Below are positions 1-13,790 of a DNA stretch of 64,000 bases, piece by piece. Source of the stretch: Octopus sinensis (lineage: Eukaryota); assembly GCF_006345805.1 (NCBI RefSeq), contig NC_043008.1:10726001-10790000 (forward strand), given 5' to 3'. Made by a program: the position numbers and the translations under genes. The notes under the pieces are model-generated. The model made no database searches, was not told where the DNA came from, and was given only the letters and a program-made list of their open reading frames with translations. Position 1 is the first letter of the stretch, and every line of letters starts with the position of its first letter.

Positions 1-37
1 AAATGATGGGTAATATATATACTTATATATACATGCC

Positions 38-215
38 CAGGGGTGCCTGTGTGGTAAGAAGTTTGCTTTCCAGCCTCATGGTTCCGGGTTCAGTCTCACG
101 CACTGTGGGCAAGTGTCTTCTACTTTAGCCTCAGGTTGACCAAAGCCTGCTGAGTGGATTTCGTAGTTGGAAACTAAAAGAAGCCCGTTGTATGTGTGTG
201 TGTGTGTGTGTGTGT
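38..215 (+). mobile_element. SINE family A, 5' module (tRNA-like head, CORE-like segment, TG microsatellite), diverged
   Basis: Aligns by eye to the full copies at 21173, 43564 and 46194 (GTGGTAAG...GGTTCCGGGTTCAGTC...GGGCAAGTGTCTTCTAC...GAAGCCCG). Confidence 0.85.
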
Positions 216-239
216 GTTTGCTCCAACCCCTCAGTAAGA

Positions 240-368
240 TAGAAGTCGACTTTGCCTTTCGTCCTTTCGAGGTCGATAAATTAGGTACCAGTTGCGTACT
301 GGGGTCGATCTAATCGATTGGCCCTTTTCCCCACCAAATTTTGGACTTTGTGCTTAGAATAGAAAACA
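240..368 (+). mobile_element. SINE family B-type central and 3' fragment (variant tail)
   Basis: GTCGACTTTGCCTTTC..GAGGTCGATAAATTAGGTACCAG..TACTGGGGTCGAT matches the family B core. Confidence 0.8.
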
Positions 369-742
369 ATATAGCGTCCAATGGCGAATTCCTGTAGCTC
401 CTTGCTACGTGTCTTAGCGACTTAACGAGTTTATGCGGTTATAGTGTATAGTGATAGTAAGCCCGTGGTAATACACGTTCGAGTTGCCATTGAACCATTT
501 CCCATTACACTTTGTACTGGGAAGGTTGTGATGATCAGTAGCTTGGAGACCAATAGGCGCCTTCAAATTAACACCATGTTTCTCATGGTGGATGGCCTCA
601 TCAGGAGATCATGTGAGACTCTAAAAGGGGAGGAATAAATTGCCATATTTAATAAAATGAATATGGTTTTAAACATTTAAATTTTTCCAAAGATTGATAA
701 GGATGCTAACTATATTTTGTCTTTTCATTAGTAAAAAAGTGG

Positions 743-965
743 AAGGCCGCGAGATGGCAGAATCGTTAGCGCATCAACCAAAATACTTAACTGCGTTTCT
801 TTCGTTTCTTTTTGTTCTAAGTTCAAACCACACCGAGGTCATTTTTGCCTTTCATCCATTCGGGCTTGATAAAATGTACGTCAGTTGAGCCTTGGGGTCA
901 AGGAAATCGACTAAAATTCCGCTCTTTAAAAATGTTGGTCCTGTACCAAAATTTGAAATTATTAA
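743..965 (+). mobile_element. SINE family B variant, diverged
   Basis: TGGCAGAATCGTTAGC A-box-like and AGTTCAAA B-box-like motifs, then GAGGTC..TTTGCCTTTCATCC core and CCAAAATTTGAAA tail. Confidence 0.75.
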
Positions 966-1036
966 TAGAGAAGCGGAGTGCAAAAAGTTTTAAAAAAATC
1001 ATGCGGCTTCTCAAGTTTCGAACCACTGGATTAACA

Positions 1037-2608
1037 TATGCTCTTGAAGACTATTTTTTGTGATATTCGATGTATTTTCCTTCATTTTTCTTCAGAGATA
1101 CAACATATAAAGCACAGAGTGAAATATTTCCGCTACTGCAGTTTAAGATCCGGTTTCATAATATACTTGCAAGAGGCGGATGGGTTATTAAAGAGAACTA
1201 GTAAAGATTTTGGAAACAAAAATATTAATGACACCCACTTTGAAAATTGTTCATCTACATTTTACTCTACTACTTTTGCTCATTTTCACTATAACTACAT
1301 TCCTATTAAAATCATAGACAAGACGTTTGTTTAACGACGAAACTAGATTTTTGTGCATAAAATTCTGAAAACCATTTTTTGCAATGAATTTTTCTTGTCT
1401 TCTTTGCTTAGAATTTGAAGCTTCAGCTTTAGAAAATTAAGCCAATTACTATCCTACTGCTCAGGTTTTAAAAACAAATTTTCTAAAGAGAAACCATGAA
1501 GATAATAATCCTCTAAGACCAGAAAGAGATAACCATAGAATAAATTCTTTAAAAATATGCTCTGTATGTTAAACACAAACTAAGATTTTAACATGTATAT
1601 ACACAGTCATAGTATATTCTAGTTAGGTTTTGATTAGGTCCATGCAATACGTGAGCTATTTGTATATATTTATATACATATGGTGACGAACGGGCAGAAT
1701 GGTTAGGGCGGCAGATGGAATGTCTTGCATTATTTGTTTCGGTCCTCAAATCTCTGGTTTCAATTCCAGCCGAGGTCATCTTTACTTTTTATCCTTTCGG
1801 TGTCGACAGAAAGTGTTTTACTCCGGCGGATCGTGAGAGGGGGATTGTTAGATGGACATGAGGGATGTTTTACGGTATCCAGTCTGGCTCTGAATTTTGA
1901 GGGCAACATTGGTGTATTCGTGTCAGTTTCTGTTGCCGTTTGCTTTTTACTTTGAATATAGATGGCATCGCGAGAGGAGACTTTGACGCGTAAGCATTTA
2001 TTTGGTTTTCCATGGTTAACTATGTTCAAATGTGCACCTTTATGAGAAACTTACCTGGAGACAAATATTACCTGAGTTCTCTCTCTCCTGTAGAAGAGAG
2101 AATTCAAATAACAGCACCTTTTCTCCGAAGATATCCTGAAGAAGGAGTCTTAACCCTGAAATCTCCAACAACTCTAAAAGGGAGAAACACCACATTGGAT
2201 AATGTGAACCTAGATGATTTCCGAATGAAAAAGATAACGGTGATTATGACCAAGTTTGTTTGATCAAAACTGATCCACGGTTCAATAACAAAATCGACGA
2301 CGATATATGAAAACCAATGAACATTTTTATGAAACTTAACTTATGGTATTTATTGTAGTGATTCATCTGATATTTGGCATGTTACTTGTGATCAATTTTC
2401 AAAGTGGGTGTCATTAATATTTTTTGTTTCCAACATCTTTACTAGTTCTCTTTCATAACCCATCCGCCTCTTGCAAGTACATTATGAAACCGGATCTTAA
2501 ACTGCAGTAGCGGAAATATTTGACTCTGCTTTATATGTTGTATCTCTGAAGAAAAATGAAGGAAAATACATCGAATATCACAAAAAATAGTCTTCAAGAG
2601 CATATGTG
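1037..2608. mobile_element. Segment bounded by about 215-bp inverted repeats (1037-1253 and 2389-2608); candidate long-TIR non-autonomous DNA element
   Basis: The arms are near-identical reverse complements (ACATATGCTCTTGAAGACTATTTTTTGTG...GAAAATTG), and ORFs 1038+ and 2442- share a peptide. No TSD found. Confidence 0.55.
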
Positions 2609-2681
2609 AAAGATAAAATGAAAGCACGCTTGCAAATACATGCATCTACAAATTCATACATTTAAAAAAGAATGAATGAAG

Positions 2682-3120
2682 TGGAAGCGTGTGGCTTAGT
2701 GGTTAGGGTATCAGCATCAGGATCGTAAGATTGTGGCTTCGATTCCTGGATCGGGCGACGCGTTGTGCTCTTGAGCAAAACACTTCATTTCACGATGCTC
2801 CAGTCCACTCAGCTGGCAAAACTGAGTAACGCTGCGATGGACTGGCGTCCCGTCCAGCTGGGGAACACATACGCCATGAGCCTGGCTAGGCTTTAAAAGG
2901 GCGTATAACTTATTAATTAACATCAGAATGAAACGTGTCAACAAGTGATCGACTACGTGGTCGTTCAACCAGCAATAAATAGCAACCATATACTCCTCAA
3001 AACTTCACATCATCGTCTTAAAAAAGGGAGGGCACATTGGTTAGTATCGTTTACAGCTCAGTAAAGATGACGGCAATTTCAGACTTTGAATATAGGTCTG
3101 CTATATCAGGGTTGGTTCCA
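2682..3120 (+). mobile_element. tRNA-derived SINE family E (V/Meta-like central motif)
   Basis: TGGCTTAGTGG A box, TTCGATTCC B box, GTTGTGCTCTTGAGCAAAACAC and CTGCGATGGACTGGCGTCCCGTCCAG. The central-domain assignment is from memory. Related relics lie at 14611-14702 (-) and 42590-42720 (+). Confidence 0.7.
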
Positions 3121-3218
3121 GGTGTAGTAGTTCTAAGCATTAAAGCAATACCAATGAAACAGAAAGAAAGTAGATTAGAGGGGTATGAATAAAAGCAAAC
3201 GCATTCACCTCTGAAGTA

Positions 3219-3784
3219 TTGGGTTGTCCGGAAAGTTTGTGCCGATTTTTAAAGGCAAGACAACGGTCAATAAATACTTGCCATTACATTTTTAATAAAC
3301 CAAATATGAACCATTTTGTTGCACAATGCCTCTTCATCTTTCCTTTAACTTGAAAATACCCTCTTCCCAGAATTTAGGTGGTTTCGTAGCAAAGAATTCA
3401 TCAAGGTATCTTTTTACGTCATCCAAGGAATTGAAATTTTTACCATTAAGACTATTCTGCAGAGAACTGAATAAGTGGAAATCCGAAGGAGCAATATCTG
3501 GTGAATATGGAGGGTGGGGTAACACATCCCTGCCGAGCTGCAGCAAGTTTTGTCTGGTTCCCAAAGCATCAAGTGCTGAAAATGAACTTTCTTATCTTCC
3601 ATTTTAAAGCGTTACAGAATTAACACAGGTTATAGGAACATAAACCTTCTTCCACGAAAAGATAGCTTAAACTGTGCTCTAAGTGGAGGTGCAGTCAAAT
3701 CCTATTTTATGGACTCAACCATGTTCTAAAATAAGTCTAAAGGTAAGATACTATAAATCAGCACGAACTTTCTGGGCAACTCAA
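3219..3784 (-). mobile_element. Internally deleted mariner element (DD34D class) with both TIRs and a transposase C-terminal remnant
   Basis: TA-flanked TIRs TTGGGTTGTCCGGAAAGTTTGTGCCGATTT and its reverse complement at 3755-3784. ORF 3334-3564 contains HPPYSPDIAPSDFHLF, the mariner YSPDLAPSD motif. Confidence 0.93.
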
Positions 3785-3847
3785 TAGAATAAGGGCATCA
3801 GGTACTGTCAACACTCTGAGTTCCTCATAACAAACAGAGAAGTTTTA

Positions 3848-4040
3848 TGGCGGCGAGCTGGCAGAATCATTGTCACATTGGAGTAAATGCTTGGCAGTAT
3901 TTCTTCTAGCTCTTTACATTCTGAGTTCAAATTCCGCTGAGGTGGACTTTGCCTTTCATCCGTTCAGTGTCAATAAAATAAGTACCAGTTGAGTACTGGG
4001 GTCGATGTAATCAACCTCCCCTCAAAATTACTGTAAAAGT
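3848..4040 (+). mobile_element. SINE family B variant
   Basis: GGCGGCGAGCTGGCAGAATC head, GAGTTCAAATTCC B box and ATAAGTACCAGTTGAGTACTGGGGTCGAT core. Confidence 0.85.
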
Positions 4041-4149
4041 TAAAGATAAGATATATTTGTCCACTGCTGGATGTGTCTGTCTTCATTCGTGAAGGTTTTT
4101 GGTTGTATCATTGATTTCTTTTTACTGCTGTAGTTGACCTCCACATGGC

Positions 4150-4290
4150 TTAACAACCGGTGTTGACTTGTTTACATCTCCGTGACTTAGCAGCTCGGCA
4201 AGAGACACCGTCAGTATAAACCGATTTGTTAGACTGAACAATTGAAGGCGGCACTGTTGAATGGTCGCAGTCCAATAACTGAAAAAAGAA
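4150..4290 (+). mobile_element. SINE family A 3' module, old copy
   Basis: ACAACCGGTGTTG..TTTACATCTCCGTGACTTAGC..GGCGGCACT..ATAACTGAAA resembles the family A 3' half. Confidence 0.65.
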
Positions 4291-4444
4291 AAAATAATTA
4301 AGAAAAGCTATATGAAAAAAAAAGACGAACGAAATTATCTGACGACCCAAGACATTCATCTTAAAGTAACTTTCTCCACTTATCTCCCTTGAACGCAGAC
4401 ATCTCAAATTCAGCAAATGCTGTTTATAGGATAATGCTACTTAC

Positions 4445-4525
4445 ACGATACTCGTGTATTTGGTCAACTAGAACCAAACAGTGATACAGTGAGCATATAA
4501 GGTGACCTTTACAAAGTCGTTTAAT
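4445..4525 (-). CDS. Weak candidate internal exon (81 nt, phase 0-0, IKRLCKGHLICSLYHCLVLVDQIHEYR), product unknown
   Basis: Acceptor TTATTTTTTGCAG, donor CGT|GTAAGT and one open frame. No homology recognised; it may be a chance pattern. Confidence 0.2.
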
Positions 4526-4960
4526 CTGCAAAAAATAACTTAGGAATCTCCCTCAAATTACACTTTACTTTTTTGGAAAAGGAGCATTTTAGATATTGTA
4601 TTCCTAGCTTCAGTTACTGGGCGATTGTCTTGCAAACTTATATGTTCAAAAGAAAATGTAAGGAATCCACGTAGAATATGAAAAAGAAGTGAAAACGTGA
4701 CAGAATAAACGGAACAAGGACTGGCATATTTCAATACAGCATAGACACACGCATACACGCACAGGAGAAACCTTCTCCTCCCCCATAAAACACACACAAT
4801 GATGTATCTGTATGGATGTGGCGGACTCGAGTTTGTTTTTTCGTCTTTAGTATATAAATGATGTGCGTGATATTACAATAGGCAGAAAGAATTGCCGAAA
4901 TAGAAAGAAACTAACTTCACAAAACAACATAATCTTAACTGAAAGAGAAAGTGGCTTTTC

Positions 4961-4992
<32 letters not shown>

Positions 4993-6201
4993 GCATACAT
5001 ACATTCATACATTTCATATGTCCATACCGATATCTATATCTATCTATAACAAAAATACAATCGTGATCGACTCGTTACTTTGTATGGTTATAGTTGTTGG
5101 CAACGGCTGAAAACAATCTTGGATCTCTGTAGATGAATGGAACGATACAACACACAACCTAGCCACCATTTTGTTCAAACAGCACGACCAATAAAGTTCC
5201 AAATAAAATATCATATGTATCAAGTTTTGTTGATTTACGTTCTGCGCTTGGTTTAGCTTTTCATTGCTCTGTGGTTGATAAAAGTGAACCAGTAATAATA
5301 TACAGAGAATCTATCCATTTTAGTCAAACCATAGTCTTGTGTAATAAGGGTAACAAAACAGGCATGGTAGTGCCATCAGCCGGGTTTATTCGAGATGTAC
5401 GCAAGAGCAATGAAACCACTCTTCACCCTTTTGTCCAATGCCCGAGCATTTACTGAGTTATGTCAAACACATACTGATACGTATAGAATGGATCTGGCTA
5501 TCAGTTGAATCCATTGTAAAGATCGTCTCGCTGCCTTCCTTTAGCAGAGAAGGAGAGGTTTGTCTTTATTCATCTGGCGGCATTGTGAAAGAAGTTTTGT
5601 AGCTGACCAACTTTGCCTTAGTCCTCATCAACTTGGTTCTTTATACTCTAAATTTAAACCCTATCAAAGTCACTTATGTTTTTGATGTCTCAGAGGTAGA
5701 TAAAATAAAGTGTTAGTCTAGTACTGGGGTCGCTGTCACCAACTGGTCTCCTCCTCGTAAAATCTCTTGCTTTGTACCTAAATTAGAAACTGTTATTGAT
5801 ATATTTTTACCGTAAGCACATCTGCTTCACATACTTTACTTTTCGAGATTAAGTTTCCGTGATTTTAAAAATCAAAACTGGTTGATTTTTTTTGTAACAA
5901 TTTGTTCAACAGCATTCGAGGAAAGTTAAACAGTATTGCTCATTGCTCACGTTTTCGCTGAAATTTGGATGAAAATGGACACTGCGAACATTTTTTACTG
6001 ATCTGGCATTCAACACAAAATCTCTGCGAGAAATGCACTCAAGCAATCATACAAAGGCCTTGACACCGGCACAGAAAAAATGCAGAAAGGAAAAAAGAGG
6101 AAATTGACAATCATATCGGAAAATATAACTCTAAACATCATAAAAATGAATAATGATATATATCTAGTTTTTACTATGAATGAGAGCGATTTTGACAACT
6201 T

Positions 6202-6243
<42 letters not shown>

Positions 6244-6704
6244 CTTTGCAAATGTAGCGCCTTGTAAGGAAGTCATAGAGTCCAAGTTACTGATTTAATT
6301 AATTATTATATCATGTTGAATTCCTGAAAACTTTTTAACGAGTTATCCAGCTTGGCTTTGCCCTTTTAAATAGATTTTAAGAAAAGAAGCCATATACAAA
6401 AACTGATTTGTAATTCATTTAGGATGTCGTTCCATAAATGCGTTAATAAAGTTAGAGATTGCCATAAGAGAATAGGGAATCTTTCTTGAAGATTCATTTT
6501 CTTACAGGTCTCGGGCTAGTTGTAAATAACGTATTTGATGGCATAAAAGACGCACATGTATTTCAGCAGTGCATACGCAGGTTAAGTGTGTTTTTTTTAT
6601 CGCCTTTAGTATATAAATGATGTGCGTGTTTTTTAGTGAAATAGTTTTTACATGTATCAATATTGTTTCCCTTACAAATAACATTTGATGTTTGATTCCA
6701 ATAC

Positions 6705-6862
6705 CTTGCTCTTCTGGAAGAAACGCCCTTGCGTTTTCTTTTTCTTTTGCTGCCGAGACAGGAAAGAAAAAAATGGTATCTGTGACCTTTATTGATGTTG
6801 TTTTAGGGCCTCCAAGACTTGTGAAAGGGGAAGAAGGAATGATCTCTAAATCTGAGAATCGA
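6705..6862 (-). CDS. Weak candidate internal exon (RFSDLEIIPSSPF...KEKENARAFLPEEQ); alternative 45-nt form at 6705-6749
   Basis: Acceptor CATTCATCCTTACAG, or the internal TTTTTTTCTTTCCTGTCTCGGCAG, with donor CAAG|GTATTG. Non-repetitive with balanced GC. No homology recognised. Confidence 0.25.
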
Positions 6863-7074
6863 CTGTAAGGATGAATGCAATAAAAGTAATTCAAATTCTT
6901 GGTGGCCTCTGTGTGTGTATGTGTGTGATTATGCATAATTCAGCCTAGTGTCTGAAAATTGGTTTGTAGGTAGATTTTAAACAGTTCTATGTAGAATTTG
7001 TTCTTAAAATACATGGTTAAATCGTTATTGAACAAACGAAATACTCACCCACCAAAAAAGAGAAGCTAAAAAAT

Positions 7075-7146
7075 GCCTATATATATATACTACATATCCA
7101 TACATACCCAAATATACACGCATACACTCACACACATATATATACA

Positions 7147-7223
<77 letters not shown>

Positions 7224-7891
7224 AAACAAAGTTAACAAATAAGAAGTTAAAAATCTCGAAGACTATATCTGTGAAAAGACTAGGGAAATAAGTAAAAGAA
7301 ACAGAAAAAGTAAGAAAATAGTGAAAAAAAAAAGAATGCTTCATTTCAGTTGCTGTAGAAAAATTTTAAACTTTCAGCAAAAAAGGAAAGAAAAAAAGCG
7401 AGCGAAAGAGAAAGTAAAAGTAAAAATATATATATATATAAATAAAAAGGGAGGAAAAATTCTGAAGAACAGAAGAATTCGAAATAACTAGGAAAGAAAA
7501 AAGAACGAAAAGGGGAGAAAACCCTCTCATATAGAAATAAAACATTGTAAAGAAGCGCGAGAAAGATTAGTTAGTAAAATAGATTATCTCGGAAGACAAT
7601 TATAGATAAAAACATGATTAGAAGAGTGAAATAAATTGGGCAAGAATAACCGTTTTCTTTTGATTGTTTTTCGCTGCACCAGTTGATATTGATTTCTTTA
7701 GACAAGGTATTCTGCAAGAAAACACATGCACGCTTACACTTTATATATATACAGACATACAATCGTACATAGATATACGTACATAGGAACACACATAGAT
7801 GCATGCATGCATACAAATATAGTTTGGTTATGCACATTCATGTATGCATTTCATACAAACTTACCTACCTTCATTGCATACATACATTTAT

Positions 7892-7945
<54 letters not shown>

Positions 7946-7954
7946 TATTTATTT

Positions 7955-7985
<31 letters not shown>

Positions 7986-7992
7986 TTATTTA

Positions 7993-8028
<36 letters not shown>

Positions 8029-8157
8029 TACATACAAACAGGCATAGGGACATACATACATGCATACATACATGCGTACGTGCATACATAGTACGTATGC
8101 TTATGTTCAATTATGCGTTACAAACAAACTTGCCAGCATTCATTGCATATATTTATA

Positions 8158-8196
<39 letters not shown>

Positions 8197-8421
8197 ACAC
8201 ACACACACACACACATACAGACACACATGCGCGCGAGCACATACATACACATGCGCATATGGGCACATTTGCATATGGTTATACATCTATACATACATAC
8301 ACACATACATACTTCGACGCATGTATTATGTATTTATTTATGAATGTGCGTGTGTATATATATATAAATAATATATAAATAATATATATATTATATAATA
8401 TATATTATATAATATATATAT

Positions 8422-8471
<50 letters not shown>

Positions 8472-8660
8472 TATATATGCGTATATATGGGTGTTTTGTA
8501 TGGGAGTATATATTTCATAAAAATGCATTATGCAAACATCATACTCATATACAATTATGAGCATACATGCATGCGCACAGACATACACATGCATATTTAC
8601 TCGAAGAAAAAGCGTGCGCGCACATACACATATACACATACACACATACACACATACACA
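7075..8660. repeat. Compound (TA)n/(CA)n/(TACA)n microsatellite field
   Basis: Direct reading. It produces the YIYI and HTHT pseudo-ORFs. Confidence 0.95.
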
Positions 8661-8754
8661 CATACACGCAAGTTCATGTTAGAAGCAACGTTCTCTTTGT
8701 ATGACGTACGATGCCCAGGCACAGTCAGCAATTTTTTGAAACCGTTAAAGGAAA

Positions 8755-8774
8755 TACTACTACTACTACAACTA

Positions 8775-8855
<81 letters not shown>

Positions 8856-8857
8856 AT
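8755..8857. repeat. (CTA)n microsatellite
   Basis: Near-perfect ACT/CTA run. Confidence 0.97.
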
Positions 8858-9154
8858 AGAAATGGCATTGTTTGTATTCAATGAATATTATGTACAATAA
8901 TAAGGAATTTTACTATAAAATACACCTGAGACATTCTTTTCGAAAAAAGAAAGGTAAAAGATTTTTACAGATGCTACAAGCATGAAGAAAGACGATAAAA
9001 TGTGGGTTCTCTGTGTTATTGCTAGAAATAATAGCCAAATATCACTCAAGTGGCACTGTATCCTTATGAAATATTATTCCAAACTTACAGGGAAAAATTC
9101 AATTTAGAAATATTAAATCAATTTCACGAATATAATATAATATATAATATATAT

Positions 9155-9194
<40 letters not shown>

Positions 9195-9198
<4 letters not shown>

Positions 9199-9344
9199 TA
9201 GAAAAAAACACCTTTTATGAATTCAATAATGAAAAATAAATCATACCATGTAGAAAGTTACATATTATAGAAAGATTAAATATAAGATAAAACATATAAC
9301 GATGATTAAGTAATGTGCAAAATAATGAATAAACGTATATATTT

Positions 9345-9345
<1 letters not shown>
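9195..9345 (+). mobile_element. AT-rich dispersed repeat embedded in (TA)n, same family as the arms at 60372-60686
   Basis: AAATTAGAAAAAAACACCTTTTAT..ATGATTAAGTAA..AAACGTATAT is shared with 60372-60520. Confidence 0.65.
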
Positions 9346-9392
<47 letters not shown>

Positions 9393-10003
9393 TTATATTA
9401 AATTAGAGATAAAACCACTATTAGGCAATCAAACAGTGAAAAACATAAACCAATACATAGAAATAAAATTAATTAATAAAATATACAAAATATATAAAAT
9501 ATAAAATTCAAAATTCAAATTATTTAAATTTAAAGTTAAAATTTAAAAAAATATTTAAATTATACTATATATATATATATATATATAGTCACTATGAGGA
9601 TATTTAGACCTCTTATAGGGATATTTTTACCCAAGATACACTGGTTTAATTATATTGTATTTTGAAGAGATATTTCTTCAATGAATATATTATATAAAAT
9701 ATGAGATATGAAATATTATTAAGTTTGAAAATGGAGAGATCTGATGGATACAGATAATTTATTAATTAACACCTTCACCTACAATTATTTCATTCCGCAT
9801 TCAATTTAAACTGCAAAACATAGAAATATATAATCTTGCATTTCAGAAATAATTTAGATGGAAAATTATGAGGGCAAGAAAAAGGGCAAAAGAAGGATTA
9901 CATTATGATCGGTTGGATCCAATATACTAAGACTATATAAGCGTGTTCATTACGTGTGTATGTGTATGTGTGCCCGCATGCGTTAGAATTATTACTTCAG
10001 TTT

Positions 10004-10061
10004 CTAATTCAATAATAATAATAACAATAATAATAATGATAATGATAATAACAATAATAGA

Positions 10062-10093
<32 letters not shown>

Positions 10094-10193
10094 TAATAAT
10101 AGAAATAATAATAATAATAATAATAATAGTAATAATAATAATAATAATAATAATACAATAATAATAAAATAATAATAATAATAATAATAATTA

Positions 10194-10242
<49 letters not shown>

Positions 10243-10274
10243 TAATAATAGAAATAATAATAATAATAATAATA

Positions 10275-10317
<43 letters not shown>

Positions 10318-10327
10318 TAATAATAGA

Positions 10328-10359
<32 letters not shown>

Positions 10360-10550
10360 TAATAATAGAAATAATAATAATAATAATAATAATAGTAATG
10401 ATAATAATAATAATAATAATAATAATAATATAATAATAACAATAATAATAGAAATAATAATAATAATAATATAATAATAGTAATAATAATAATAAAATAA
10501 TAACAAAAAAATAGAAAATAATAATAATAATAAATAACAATAATAATAGA

Positions 10551-10582
<32 letters not shown>

Positions 10583-10776
10583 TAATAATAGAAATAATAA
10601 TAATAATAATAATAATAGTAATAATAATAATAATAATAACAATAATAAGAAATAAAAATATAATATAATAATAATAATAAGAATATAATAATAATATAGA
10701 ATAACAATAAATAGAATAGAATAATAACAATAAGAATAATAATAATTAATAATAATAACAATAATAAGAAATAAGA

Positions 10777-10820
<44 letters not shown>

Positions 10821-11336
10821 GAATATGAAATAATAATAACAATAATAAGAATAAGATAAATAATAATAATAAATAATATAGAAATAATAAGAATAATAAT
10901 AATCATAATAAGAATAATAATAATAATAAGAATAATAATAATAAGATAATAATAACAATAATAATAGAATAATATAATAATAGAATAATAATAGTAATAA
11001 TAATAATAAATAATAATAATAAGAATAATAATAATAATAATAAATAATAATAAGAAAAATAATAATAATAATAATAATAATAACAATAATAGAATAATAA
11101 TAATAATAATAATAATAATAGTAATAATAATAAATAATAAATAATAATAATAATAAAATAATATAAAATAATAATAATAATAATAAATAATAATAGTATA
11201 ATAATAATAATAAATAATAATAATAATAACAATAATAATAGAAATAATAATAATAATATAATAATAGTAATAATAATAATATAATAATAACAATAATAAT
11301 AGAAATAATAATAATAATAATAGTAAAATAATAATA

Positions 11337-11372
<36 letters not shown>

Positions 11373-11734
11373 AATAATATAATAATAATAATAATAATAG
11401 TAATAATAATAATAATAATAATGATGATGATAATAATAATAATAATAATAATAATAATATAATAATAATAATAATATAATAAATAATAATAAAATAATAA
11501 TAATAATAACAATAATAAGAAATAATATAATAATAATAATAATAATAGTAATAATAATAATATAATAATAATAATAATAATATAATAACAATAATAATAG
11601 AAATATAATAATAATAATAATAATGTAATAATAATAATAATAATAGAATAATAGAATAATAATAATAATAATAGAATAATAATAATATAATAATAATAAT
11701 AACATATAATAGAATAATAATAATAATAATAATA

Positions 11735-11778
<44 letters not shown>

Positions 11779-11814
11779 TACAATAATAATAGAATAATAA
11801 TAATAATAATAATA

Positions 11815-11847
<33 letters not shown>

Positions 11848-11991
11848 ATAAAATAGAATATATAATAATAATAATATAACAATAATAAGAATAATAATAA
11901 TATAATAATAATAATAACAATAATAATAGAAATAATAATAATAATAATAATAATGTAATAATAATAATAATAATATAACAATAATAATAGA

Positions 11992-12028
<37 letters not shown>

Positions 12029-12108
12029 TAATAATAAAATAATAGAAATAATAATAACAATAATATAATAATAAAATAATAATAACAATAATAATAGAAA
12101 TAATAATA

Positions 12109-12140
<32 letters not shown>

Positions 12141-12388
12141 TAACAATAATAATAGAAATAATAATAACAATAATAAGAATAATAATAATATAATAACAAT
12201 AATAATAGAAATAATAATAATAATCATAATAATAATAATAATAGTAATAATAATAAATAATAATAATAATAATATATAACATAATAATAGAATATAATAA
12301 TAATAATAATAATAATAGTAATAATAATAATAATAATATAATAATAATAATAATAATAATAACAAAATAATAATAGAAATAATAATAG

Positions 12389-12421
<33 letters not shown>

Positions 12422-12427
12422 TAAATT

Positions 12428-12459
<32 letters not shown>

Positions 12460-12489
12460 TAATAATAATAATAATAACATAATAATAGA

Positions 12490-12523
<34 letters not shown>

Positions 12524-12668
12524 TAATCATAATATAATAATAATAATAACAATAATAATAGAATAAACTAATAATAATAATAATAATAGTAATAATAATA
12601 AAATAATAATAATAACAAAATAATAGAAATAATAATAATAATAATAATATATAATAATAATAATAATA

Positions 12669-12707
<39 letters not shown>

Positions 12708-12892
12708 CATAATAATAATAGTAATAATAATAATAATAATATGATGATGATAATACTAATAATAATAATAATAATATAATATAATAATAATAATAAGAAT
12801 ATAATAATAATATAGAATAACAATAAATAGAATAGAATAATAACAATAAGAATAATAATAATTAATAATAATAACAATAATAAGAAATAAGA

Positions 12893-12936
<44 letters not shown>

Positions 12937-13452
12937 GAATATGAAATAATAATAACAATAATAAGAATAAGATAAATAATAATAATAAATAATATAGAAA
13001 TAATAAGAATAATAATAATCATAATAAGAATAATAATAATAATAAGAATAATAATAATAAGATAATAATAACAATAATAATAGAATAATATAATAATAGA
13101 ATAATAATAGTAATAATAATAATAAATAATAATAATAAGAATAATAATAATAATAATAAATAATAATAAGAAAAATAATAATAATAATAATAATAATAAC
13201 AATAATAGAATAATAATAATAATAATAATAATAATAGTAATAATAATAAATAATAAATAATAATAATAATAAAATAATATAAAATAATAATAATAATAAT
13301 AAATAATAATAGTATAATAATAATAATAAATAATAATAATAATAACAATAATAATAGAAATAATAATAATAATATAATAATAGTAATAATAATAATATAA
13401 TAATAACAATAATAATAGAAATAATAATAATAATAATAGTAAAATAATAATA

Positions 13453-13488
<36 letters not shown>

Positions 13489-13668
13489 AATAATATAATA
13501 ATAATAATAATAATAGTAATAATAATAATAATAATAATGATGATGATAATAATAATAATAATAATAATAATAATATAATAATAATAATAATATAATAAAT
13601 AATAATAAAATAATAATAATAATAACAATAATAAGAAATAATATAATAATCTAATAATAATGATGATG

Positions 13669-13722
<54 letters not shown>

Positions 13723-13790
13723 GAATAATAATAATAATAATAACAATAATAATGATAATAAAAATAAAATAATAATAATAATAATAATAA
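10004..13790. repeat. About 3.8-kb (AAT)n-derived compound array with recurrent AAC, AGAA and AGT variants and an internal duplication of about 880 bp
   Basis: Direct reading. ORFs 10903-11232 and 13019-13348 translate identically (offset 2116 bp). Confidence 0.97.

Noticed and set aside
575-612. Hammerhead-like CTGATGA..GAAAC on the minus strand
   Set aside because: No stem II pairing and no valid NUH plus stem I; a competing CACCATG/CATGGTG hairpin explains the pattern.
2682-2760. tRNA genes at SINE heads (also 21173, 58231 and others)
   Set aside because: A and B boxes are present but no complete cloverleaf, and each continues into a SINE body.
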